This document shows positions 1 through 7,522 of a stretch of 15,891 nucleotides of DNA, in pieces. Each line of letters opens with the position of its first letter. The stretch's first letter is position 1. The notes under the pieces were generated by a model. The model searched no databases, was not told the DNA's origin, and saw nothing but the letters and a program-made list of their open reading frames with translations. The DNA is from Chlamydiota bacterium. GTDB lineage: Bacteria > Chlamydiota > Chlamydiia > Chlamydiales > SM23-39. The stretch spans positions 1 through 15,891 of the forward strand of contig JBCAXK010000036.1 of assembly GCA_038534095.1 (NCBI GenBank). The letters are read 5' to 3'. The translations under genes and the position numbers were made by a program.

Positions 1-57
1 GATTGATCTACGAACTGCCTCTGTCGTGCGGGCGCTCCCATGTAATATTTGTCCCAT
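1..57 (-). CDS. IS481-family transposase, N-terminal 19 codons (partial, runs off the window)
   Basis: ATG at 57-55 on the minus strand, preceded by AAGGAGGA (68-61). It translates MGQILHGSARTTEAVRRSI, matching from memory the MGQxLHGSAxTTEAVRRAIQ N-terminus of a widespread IS481 subgroup. Absent from the ORF track. Confidence 0.88.
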   Translation of the reverse strand, partial: MGQILHGSARTTEAVRRSI

Positions 58-85
58 AAATCCTCCTTCGTTGGTAAGTGGGCAT

Positions 86-113
86 AGTATACACCACCAC
101 ACTCTGGGACCAA
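86..113 (-). promoter_or_regulatory. Putative transposase promoter within the IS left end
   Basis: Minus strand TTGGTC (113-108), 16 nt, then TATACT (91-86), about 30 nt upstream of the transposase ATG. Confidence 0.4.
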
Positions 114-283
114 ACACCTAGAAGAGATTTTTGTGGGACTGGTTGATTGTACAAGGAATTTGCGCTTGAAATAGAAACTTTCTTGATCAAATAGTTTGAT
201 GGGAAGGAAGGCTCTTCTCATAAAAAGGGTTTTAACGCTTGTGATTAGACTAGGAATCGCCAAATAAGCTCTTGGGATCTACC

Positions 284-2845
284 TTACAAAAGGCGTAAGG
301 TTTTTTGTAGGTGATGGAGTTTTTGTTGGACCTCAATCGGTGTCATGGCGTTGAGATTCATGGTCGCAATCTCCTCGATCCAGGCAAGATTCTTTGTAGG
401 CGGTGGGGGAGATGGCTTGGAAGTTTTTGGAAGGGGATTGGGTTTTTTTTCTGAATCTTCTAGAGATAAGAGAATTTCAGAGGCTCTTTCAAGGCAGGTC
501 TGAGGCATGCCGGCTAGTTTTGCTACATGAATAGCGTAACTTTTTGGGGCCTTGCCTTCGGTGATTTTATGTAAGAACACGATCCCGTAGGCATCTTCTT
601 GCACTGAGACTTGAAAATTTTTTGCTCCTGGAAACTCCTTTTCTAATTGCGTGAGCTCATGATAATGGGTAGCAAAAAGGGTCTTGGCGGGAACATTTTT
701 GAGGAGGAATTCAGCAACAGACCAGGCAATGGAAATCCCGTCGTAGGTGCTTGTTCCTCTCCCAATTTCATCGAGAATCACTAAAGAATCGGCAGTTGCG
801 TAGCGTAGAATCTCTGCCGTTTCTTTCATTTCGACCATAAAGGTCGATTCCCCATGGGCGATGTTGTCAGAAGCGCCGATTCGAGAAAAAACCTGATCGA
901 TAGGGCGGAAAAACAGACGTTCTGCGGGAACAAAAGAGCCTGCTTGCGCCATGATGAGAAGGAGAGCGCACTGACGAATGTAGGTCGATTTTCCTGCCAT
1001 ATTGGGCCCTGTAATCAAATGCAACCGGGCATCTTTTGAAAAGGTGGTATCGTTGGGGATGAAGGCGGAAAAATCGAGAGAACGCTCAATGATGGGATGT
1101 CTTCCCGATCGGATTTCTAACGCATCTTCCCTCGTCAGTGTAGGCCTTTTGTAGTCGTGAGATAGGGCTGTTTTTGCAAAAGAGCGGAGCACATCGATCG
1201 TAGCGATCGCTTTTGCTAGAGAGAGTATGAGCCGAGCGTAGGCCCCGATCGTTTTTTTTGCTTCTAAGAATAGGCTTTTTTCAATGGCCTTTATCCGGTC
1301 TTCAGCGCTGAGAATTTTGTATTCGAATTCTTTGAGTTCTTCTGATAAAAACCGCTCTGAATTGGTCAGCGTTTGTCTTCGATGAAATGAAGGGGGCACT
1401 TTAGCTGCTTGCGATTTACTCACATCGATGTAGTAACCAAAAGCTTTGGTGAAGCCCACTTTGAGGGTTTTGATTTGGAGCTCTTCTCGGAGCGATTCTT
1501 GGTATTTGGCAATCCACTCTTTGCTACGGAAGCTGATCGCATACAATTCGTCGAGGCTTGCGCTATGCCCCTCTCGGAAGCAGGGCCCATCGTGAAGGCG
1601 GAAAGGGGGATCATCAACAAAGGTCTCTTCGAGGATTTGGACAATTTCTGAAGTGTCTTCTAGTTTGAGAAAACAGTGGCTTAGAAGCTTTGTTTGGAAA
1701 GGCTTCATGGAGCGGAGCTTTTGGACAGCAACTAGGGAGCGTTTGAGCGCAATAAAATCTTTTGGTGAAGATGAGCCGCTTGTGATGCGCATCAAAAGGC
1801 GCTCAAGATCGCGGATCTCTTTCAAAGAGCTTTCCGCTTCTTGCAACCCTTCTGGTTTTTGTCTCCATTCATCGACCGCGCCGAAGCGCTCCTGAATCTG
1901 TAGGGGATCAATGAGGGGGCGCTTGATCCAGTGGCGCAGCATTCTTGCTCCCATCGGAGTCAGCGTATCGTCCAAGATATCTACAAGAGAAAATTGCACG
2001 TCTTTTGTGGGGAGAATGTTGAGGTTTTTCAGGCACGTTTTATCGATGGTCATGAAAGCAGTAAAGGGATCCTTCTCGATGGTTTGGATGTGGCTTAGAT
2101 CCATGTAGAGCGTATCTTTTAGGTAGTGCAATAGAGAGCCAGCGGCGATGGTTTCTGCGTAAGATCCATCGAGTCCGAGCTTCTTCAGAGAAGACCCTGA
2201 AAAGTGCTCTTCAAGAGCAGAAGAGCAGAGGGGAAGAGAAAAGGAGCGCTCTTCTTGTTCATTGAGTAGAAATGAGAATTCTTGCGATAGTTCCTGCAAA
2301 AAGGGGGCTTCTTCTTTTGCAAAACGCTCTGAAATCAAAATTTCTGCAGGGCGCAGCCGGCAGATCTCACTAAGAAGTTCTCGCAAGTGGGCGGTTTCAA
2401 GCACTCGAAATTCTGCGGTGCTGATGTCAATGATGCCTAAGGCAAGCCCCTGGGAGGTTTTTGCGATGCTCACAAAAAAATTGTTCGATTGGTCAGATAG
2501 CAGCCTCGACTGGATCACCGATCCTGGGCTTAAAAAACGGACAATCTCTCTTCGGACAATCCCTTTTGTTTCGGCAGGATTGTCTAGTTGCTCGGCGATC
2601 GCAATTTTGTATCCCTTAGCAAGGAGCTTATCAAGGTACTGATCTGCCACTTGCACGGGAACGCCGCACATCGGAATATTTTGTCTGCTTGTGAGAGTGA
2701 GGCCTAGCTCACTTGCCATCGACTGCGCGTCTTCGTAAAAAGCTTCGTAGAAATCGCCAAGACGGAAAAAAACAAGAGCATCTTGCGCTGTTGCTTTGCA
2801 AGCGTGCCACTGTTCCATCATGGGAGTAAGAGTTTTTGTGCTCAT
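284..2845 (-). CDS. mutS: DNA mismatch repair protein MutS (MutS1)
   Basis: 853 aa. N-terminal TPMMEQW, mismatch-binding FRLGDFYEAF, Walker A GPNMAGKST, STFMVEM, Walker B ILDEIGRGT, FATHYHEL. Confidence 0.98.
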   Translation of the reverse strand: MSTKTLTPMMEQWHACKATAQDALVFFRLGDFYEAFYEDAQSMASELGLTLTSRQNIPMCGVPVQVADQYLDKLLAKGYKIAIAEQLDNPAETKGIVRREIVRFLSPGSVIQSRLLSDQSNNFFVSIAKTSQGLALGIIDISTAEFRVLETAHLRELLSEICRLRPAEILISERFAKEEAPFLQELSQEFSFLLNEQEERSFSLPLCSSALEEHFSGSSLKKLGLDGSYAETIAAGSLLHYLKDTLYMDLSHIQTIEKDPFTAFMTIDKTCLKNLNILPTKDVQFSLVDILDDTLTPMGARMLRHWIKRPLIDPLQIQERFGAVDEWRQKPEGLQEAESSLKEIRDLERLLMRITSGSSSPKDFIALKRSLVAVQKLRSMKPFQTKLLSHCFLKLEDTSEIVQILEETFVDDPPFRLHDGPCFREGHSASLDELYAISFRSKEWIAKYQESLREELQIKTLKVGFTKAFGYYIDVSKSQAAKVPPSFHRRQTLTNSERFLSEELKEFEYKILSAEDRIKAIEKSLFLEAKKTIGAYARLILSLAKAIATIDVLRSFAKTALSHDYKRPTLTREDALEIRSGRHPIIERSLDFSAFIPNDTTFSKDARLHLITGPNMAGKSTYIRQCALLLIMAQAGSFVPAERLFFRPIDQVFSRIGASDNIAHGESTFMVEMKETAEILRYATADSLVILDEIGRGTSTYDGISIAWSVAEFLLKNVPAKTLFATHYHELTQLEKEFPGAKNFQVSVQEDAYGIVFLHKITEGKAPKSYAIHVAKLAGMPQTCLERASEILLSLEDSEKKPNPLPKTSKPSPPPPTKNLAWIEEIATMNLNAMTPIEVQQKLHHLQKTLRLL

Positions 2846-2942
2846 GCAACGATTTTGTCAAAAGGGGGAGGAATTTCTCAAGGAAAAAAGGTGGATCTTT
2901 TATGATAGAACCATGTTTCGAGAAGAAAAGAGGCAACGCTCT

Positions 2943-3662
2943 ATGGATTTTGCCACAGCTGTTTGGGAAGAAGATTACGAGCAGGTACTGCAAACATCTT
3001 TTCTAGAAAAAAAAATTGCCTACCACAGTTACCCTTTTGCAAGCATCATCTTGGTGATCAACAATGTTCTTGATCCTAAGCGCGTTCTTAAAAAGGCTAG
3101 GGAGCTTAAAATCTTTACTCATATCTATCTTGCGCCTACCTTTGCAGAAGAGATTTTTTCCCATTTTCAGATAAGCGTTTCCACCCTCTCTTTGGGGAAA
3201 CAACAAGCAGCCTATCCCCACCTTGATGATTCTTGGGTGTATTACAACGCTCTTGCCCCTTTAGCGGCGATCTATTTTTCTCAGGCGCGGTATCTGCTTT
3301 ATTGCACGGGAGATGTCTATCTCGAACAGCCTATTTTTTGGATTCCTGAGGCTATTGACTTGCTGGCTAAAAAGCCGATTTACGTCGCGAATTTACTGTG
3401 GAATCATAAATACGAAGAAGCCAAAGAAGAAGCGAGCTTTGCAACGCCTGACTATTTTCTCTCAAAAAAGGGGTTTTCTGATCAGCTGTTTCTGATCGAG
3501 CGGGAATCCTTTAACCGGCCCATCTATTCCTGTTTGTGCTCTGCAGATCAGTTTCCAAGAGGGGAGGTCTTTGAAAAGAGGGTCTTTTGTCACATGCAAA
3601 AAGAGGGGTGGCTAAGAGCCACTTACAAAAAGGGGAGTTATATCCATGCCACGCTTTTCTAA
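2943..3662 (+). CDS. Hypothetical protein, possibly glycosyltransferase (GT-A fold)-like
   Basis: Long open frame (track 2796..3662). The track start overlaps mutS head-to-head, so ATG 2943 (GAGG at 2930-2933) or ATG 2913 is more likely. YLLYCTGDVYL resembles the strand plus acidic motif of GT-A enzymes. The stop overlaps the dnaG start by 17 nt. Function is inference only. Confidence 0.6.
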   Translation: MDFATAVWEEDYEQVLQTSFLEKKIAYHSYPFASIILVINNVLDPKRVLKKARELKIFTHIYLAPTFAEEIFSHFQISVSTLSLGKQQAAYPHLDDSWVYYNALAPLAAIYFSQARYLLYCTGDVYLEQPIFWIPEAIDLLAKKPIYVANLLWNHKYEEAKEEASFATPDYFLSKKGFSDQLFLIERESFNRPIYSCLCSADQFPRGEVFEKRVFCHMQKEGWLRATYKKGSYIHATLF

Positions 3663-5412
3663 AGATAGTCTCCAAGCGCTGCGCGATAAGGTGGACCTTG
3701 TAGAGCTGATTGGGAGTTACCTCCCTCTCAAAACGCAAGGAGCAAAAAAAGTGGGCCTTTGCCCCTTTCATGAAGAAAAAACCCCCTCGTTCATGGTCCA
3801 AAACGGAGACCGGCATTACCACTGTTTTGGGTGCGGAGCCCATGGGGATGCGATCCAATTTTTGATGAATTTTCTCAAGATCAGTTTTGTGGAAGCGGTC
3901 GAGCTTTTAGCGGAAAAATTCCATGTTTCTTTGGAGGAAAAAAGCCAAAGAGAGTACCAAGGTCCAAGTAGAGCTCTCTTAAAAGATGTATTGGAAACAG
4001 CCTCCCGTTTTTATCAAGCCTACCTGCTCCATACCCATGAGGGGAGAAAGGCGCTTGCTTACCTCTACTCTAGAGGGATTGACCTCGAGTTCATCCGCTC
4101 TTTTGGTATTGGACTTTCTCCAGAAAAGCGGGGCGTTTTTCAAAAGTACATGCAAGCGAAAAACGTGAAACCTGAGCTTTTGGAAAAAACGGGGCTCATT
4201 CGGAAAGTGCAGGGGAAAGAGTACGATTTTTTTTCGGGAAGGGTGATGATTCCCATTTTAGACCGAACCTCTGCGACGATTGGATTTACGGCAAGAAAGC
4301 ATCAAGAGGGTACATTTGGTCCCAAATACATCAACACACCTGAAACCTCTCTGTTTAAAAAGTCCCAAGTGCTGTTTGGGCTAGCTTACGCTAGGAAAGC
4401 GATTGTTCAAGAGCGATCCTGCGTGATTGTAGAGGGGCAAATCGATGCTCTTCGTCTGCTCCAAGGGCAGTTTATGACCACCGTTGCATCGCAAGGGACC
4501 GCTTTTACCGAAGATCAGGTGAAAATTCTTTTGTCGATGGGGGTAGAGCAGGTATTTCTTGGATTTGACCCCGATACTGCTGGGAAAAATTCTGCAGAAA
4601 AAGTGGGTCATCTTTTCCAAAAAGAGGGGGTCGATGTGGCTGTCATTGATTTGCCCGAAGGGGAAGATCCCGATACCATCTTGATGGAGAAAGGACCTCT
4701 TGAGTGGAAACGGCTTTTACAAGAAGCTCCCAATTATCTCACATTTTTGTATGACAAAAAACAACAAGAAGTGCCTGTCACCTCTCCTGCCATGAAAAAT
4801 AAGATCGTCACAGAAATTGCAGACGCGATTCGCTCTTGGGAAAAGCCTTTGCTCGTTCATGAGAGCCTGCGTAGTTTAGCAAAAATTGCGCAAGTTCCCG
4901 ACTGGACATTAGGGATTGAAGAGGAGTCGGATGTGACCATTCCTTTAAAGCCCGCGATTGCTGAAGAATCCTTTGATCCAGGGAAGATTATAGAAGAAGA
5001 TTTTTTGCGCATTCTTCTCTTATTTGGTGAGTCTGATCCGAGCCTTGCGACAATAGCAAAAGAGAATCTATCGCCAGAAGAGCTAAAAAATGCCAGTGCT
5101 CGCCGCCTATACTCGGTCTACTTGGATCTAAAAAATCGGAGGGAAGAAGTCGATTTTTTAACGCTCAGTCAAGATCTCACGAGTGAGGAACAAACCTTTC
5201 TTGAAAACCTCTTGCAGAAAAGAGTCAATCAAGAGAAGGCAAAAGGGAATCTCATCGCTTCTGTCCAACGGATTTTAGAAAAAAGGTGGATGGAAAAACG
5301 GGAGGAGATTAAAAACAAAATCATCAGCGCGAGCCTTGATGAAGAGGAGACGCTTGCTTTAGCGAAGGAGTTTGATGAGCTCAAAAAAGAGGCCCCCCAA
5401 GTGCAGGTGTAA
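3646..5412 (+). CDS. dnaG: DNA primase
   Basis: 588 aa. CHC2 zinc finger (CPFHEEKTPSF...HCFGCG), KYINTPET, TOPRIM motifs VEGQIDA and FDPDTAG, helical C-terminal domain. Confidence 0.98.
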   Translation: MPRFSKDSLQALRDKVDLVELIGSYLPLKTQGAKKVGLCPFHEEKTPSFMVQNGDRHYHCFGCGAHGDAIQFLMNFLKISFVEAVELLAEKFHVSLEEKSQREYQGPSRALLKDVLETASRFYQAYLLHTHEGRKALAYLYSRGIDLEFIRSFGIGLSPEKRGVFQKYMQAKNVKPELLEKTGLIRKVQGKEYDFFSGRVMIPILDRTSATIGFTARKHQEGTFGPKYINTPETSLFKKSQVLFGLAYARKAIVQERSCVIVEGQIDALRLLQGQFMTTVASQGTAFTEDQVKILLSMGVEQVFLGFDPDTAGKNSAEKVGHLFQKEGVDVAVIDLPEGEDPDTILMEKGPLEWKRLLQEAPNYLTFLYDKKQQEVPVTSPAMKNKIVTEIADAIRSWEKPLLVHESLRSLAKIAQVPDWTLGIEEESDVTIPLKPAIAEESFDPGKIIEEDFLRILLLFGESDPSLATIAKENLSPEELKNASARRLYSVYLDLKNRREEVDFLTLSQDLTSEEQTFLENLLQKRVNQEKAKGNLIASVQRILEKRWMEKREEIKNKIISASLDEEETLALAKEFDELKKEAPQVQV

Positions 5413-5878
5413 GCAGGCAATAAAGTCTCGGTCTACAAAGTCTTCTAAGCGCTCTTTTTTTGTCGTGTTTGATGAAAAGTGTACTTTTTGCCTTGGGTGG
5501 GCGCGCTACCTTCTGAAAAAAGATGAGCAAAAATTGTGCCAGTTTCTCCCTTTGCAAAGTGGGAAGGCGCCTGCTCTCCTCGAAAAAGCGGGCCTAAAAC
5601 AGCCCTTTCCAAACGCGCTCATTTTGATTGGAGTCAACAAGAAAAAAAAGGCAGGCCCAGCAAAAGAGGATCTTGATCAGTATTTTGTTTGGACCGGGTG
5701 GGAGGCGATTTGTCAGCTATCCAAGATTTTAGGGAAGAGGGCAAGAATCTTGCAGCTAACGGGATTTGTCCCTCCGCTTCTTGGGAGGCCTTTTTACCGT
5801 TTCATTGCAAAGATCCGCAGGTGGCTTCCTGGGAAAAGAGACCTTTCTAAAGGGGAGAAAGGAGACCGGTTTTTATGA
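5375..5878 (+). CDS. DCC1-like (DUF393) thiol-disulfide oxidoreductase family protein
   Basis: VVFDEKCTFC fits DxxCxxC, followed by FLPLQS and C-terminal YRFIAKIRR typical of DUF393. ATG 5375 has AAGGAG at 5365-5370 and overlaps the end of dnaG. The 3' end overlaps the convergent GlyRS gene by 6 nt (5873-5878). Confidence 0.8.
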   Translation: MSSKKRPPKCRCKQAIKSRSTKSSKRSFFVVFDEKCTFCLGWARYLLKKDEQKLCQFLPLQSGKAPALLEKAGLKQPFPNALILIGVNKKKKAGPAKEDLDQYFVWTGWEAICQLSKILGKRARILQLTGFVPPLLGRPFYRFIAKIRRWLPGKRDLSKGEKGDRFL

Positions 5879-7255
5879 AAGGGATTTTTGTAAGATGTCT
5901 ATCAAAGAAGAGATGGGAACTCTTGTTTGTTCCATCGAATCTCTGTCTCGAAGGGTGACAGAGTTGTCTTCTAACGAGTCATAGTCGACCGTCACGCAGT
6001 AGGGAGTTCCTAGTTCGTCTTGCCTTCTATAACGCTTGCCAATCGCTCCCGATTCATCATACTCGACGCTCCAAAAGCCTTGCATGGAGGTAAAAAGGTC
6101 GCGGGCTTTTTTGATCAGAGCCTCTTTTTTCATTAACGGGAAAACCGCGACTTTGACGGGGGCTACGTTTGGTTTTAGGTGCAATACTGTCCTAGTATCC
6201 CCTGAAGGAAGGGACTCTTCTTCATAGGCGTCGCAAAGAAGAGCTAAAAGGGTCCGGTCGAGACCAAAGGTGGGTTCAATCACATGGGGAATGTAAGTTG
6301 ATCCGGTTTTAGGATCGCGGTATAACAGTTTTTCCTGGGCATATGTCGCATGCTGCTCCAAGTCGAAACTGCCTCTATAAGCAAGGCCGTAGAGCTCGCC
6401 GATCCCAAAGGGAAACTTGTACATAATATCGACCGTTTTTTTTGCGTAGTGGGCAAGCTGTTTTTCGCTATGCTCCTGCTGCTCGATCGACTCTTTTTGT
6501 AAACCGATGAGATCACACCATGAGAGCATGGCTTCTGTCCAAGAAGAAAATTGAGCGCTCCAGTCTTGTTCTTCTATGAAATATTCGATCTCCATCTGCT
6601 CAAATTCTACGGTCCGGAAGGTAAAGTTTCCCGGAGTGATTTCATTACGGAAGGCTTTTCCAATTTGCGCGATTCCAAAAGGGACGCGCACTCTTGTGGT
6701 GTCGAGCACATTTTTGTAGTCCAAAAAGATCGCTTGCGCTGTTTCTGGGCGAAGGTAAGCGCGCGTATCTGCGCTAGGGGCCGTTTTGCTCATTTCGGTT
6801 GAGAACATCAAATTGAAATGACGAGCGTTTGTAAATTCTTTTGCGCCGCAAGAGGGGCAAGAGAGGCTCCCTTGAATAAGGGCGCTCATCTCTTCTAAAG
6901 ATTTCCCTTCTGCAGAGATGCTCAAGTGCTTTTCAATGAGATGGTCAGCGCGAAAACGGGCTCTACACGCTTTGCAATCGACTAACGCGTCATTGAACCC
7001 GTCCAAGTGACCGGATGCTTTCCAAGCTTTTGGGTGGAGTAGGATGGGGCCATCTAATCCCACAATATCGGGGCGCATTTCTACAAAGGTTTTCCACCAA
7101 AGATTCCGGACGTTGGTTTTAAGAAGAGCGCCATAAGGGCCATACGAATAGGTGTTGGCAAAGCCCCCGTAAATTTCTGACCCTGGATAGATAAAGCCCC
7201 GTCTTTTTGCAAGGGCAACAATGGGCTTGAGTGAATCTAACGTACTATGTTTCAT
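5873..7255 (-). CDS. glyS: Glycine--tRNA ligase, homodimeric alpha2 (archaeal/eukaryotic-like) type
   Basis: 460 aa. RRGFIYPGSEIYGG, YLRPETAQ, motif 2 FRNEITPGNFTFRTVEFEQME, motif 3 VIEPTFGLDR, CxxC...CxxC insertion, class IIa anticodon domain IGKRYRRQDELGTP. Confidence 0.96.
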   Translation of the reverse strand: MKHSTLDSLKPIVALAKRRGFIYPGSEIYGGFANTYSYGPYGALLKTNVRNLWWKTFVEMRPDIVGLDGPILLHPKAWKASGHLDGFNDALVDCKACRARFRADHLIEKHLSISAEGKSLEEMSALIQGSLSCPSCGAKEFTNARHFNLMFSTEMSKTAPSADTRAYLRPETAQAIFLDYKNVLDTTRVRVPFGIAQIGKAFRNEITPGNFTFRTVEFEQMEIEYFIEEQDWSAQFSSWTEAMLSWCDLIGLQKESIEQQEHSEKQLAHYAKKTVDIMYKFPFGIGELYGLAYRGSFDLEQHATYAQEKLLYRDPKTGSTYIPHVIEPTFGLDRTLLALLCDAYEEESLPSGDTRTVLHLKPNVAPVKVAVFPLMKKEALIKKARDLFTSMQGFWSVEYDESGAIGKRYRRQDELGTPYCVTVDYDSLEDNSVTLRDRDSMEQTRVPISSLIDILQKSLS

Positions 7256-7474
7256 AATCTACCAATATACCGTTTCTTCCCCCTCTTTTCTATCTTTTTT
7301 CAACAAAGACTCGGGTTTGCAGCGGCTTAAAAACTTTTTTGGCAAGTAAAGTAGCGCTGCACAAAACACGCACTGATCAGGGGATAAAAACGGCATTTTT
7401 TGATCATGAAGGATAAAAAGTAGACGGAAAAATTTTGTATTTTATTGGATTTTTACTGTTTTTGTTGAAAACAA

Positions 7475-7503
7475 TTTAATACAACTGCTTTTTGTATTAC
7501 TAT
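7475..7503 (+). promoter_or_regulatory. Putative sigma66/sigma70-type promoter of the kinase gene, overlapped by a perfect 8-bp inverted repeat
   Basis: TTTAAT (7475-7480), 17 nt, then TACTAT (7498-7503). Inverted repeat TAATACAA (7477-7484), N7, TTGTATTA (7492-7499). Confidence 0.45.
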
Positions 7504-7522
7504 CTCATGCGTAAATAGGATT

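Larger units (their letters stand above)
1..116 (-). mobile_element. IS481-family insertion sequence, left end (element continues off the left edge of the window)
   Basis: The minus strand from 116 reads TGTTTGGTCCCAGAGTGTGGTGGTG..., with the 5'-TGT terminus typical of IS481. It is flanked by CCTAGA at 117-122, matching the NCTAGN target preference of IS481. A strong RBS and a recognisable transposase N-terminus follow. Confidence 0.85.

Noticed and set aside
131..153. Second TGT-starting segment on the minus strand (TGTACAATCAACCAGTCCCAC) as an alternative IS end
   Set aside because: The copy at 9173 begins exactly at the equivalent of 116, and the NCTAGN flank is at 117-122, so the end is 116. 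The shared GTCCCA is too short to support a second element.
8..190. 60-aa minus-strand ORF from the track
   Set aside because: It crosses the IS boundary and is out of frame with the transposase start at 57, which has the RBS and the family match.
2796..2912. Track N-terminus of the hypothetical gene (MQACHCSIMG...)
   Set aside because: It overlaps the mutS start head-to-head and leaves no promoter space. Downstream ATGs are more plausible.
854..2993. Short alternative-frame and antisense ORFs over mutS (e.g. 2262..2642, 2709..2993)
   Set aside because: They are shadow ORFs of a conserved gene with no recognisable motifs. The same applies to those inside dnaG, GlyRS, the kinase, rlmN, pgsA, glgA, prs and rplY.
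7340..7355. Possible sigma54 promoter (TGGCAAGTAAAGTAGC)
   Set aside because: GG-to-GC spacing is 11 nt rather than the required 10.
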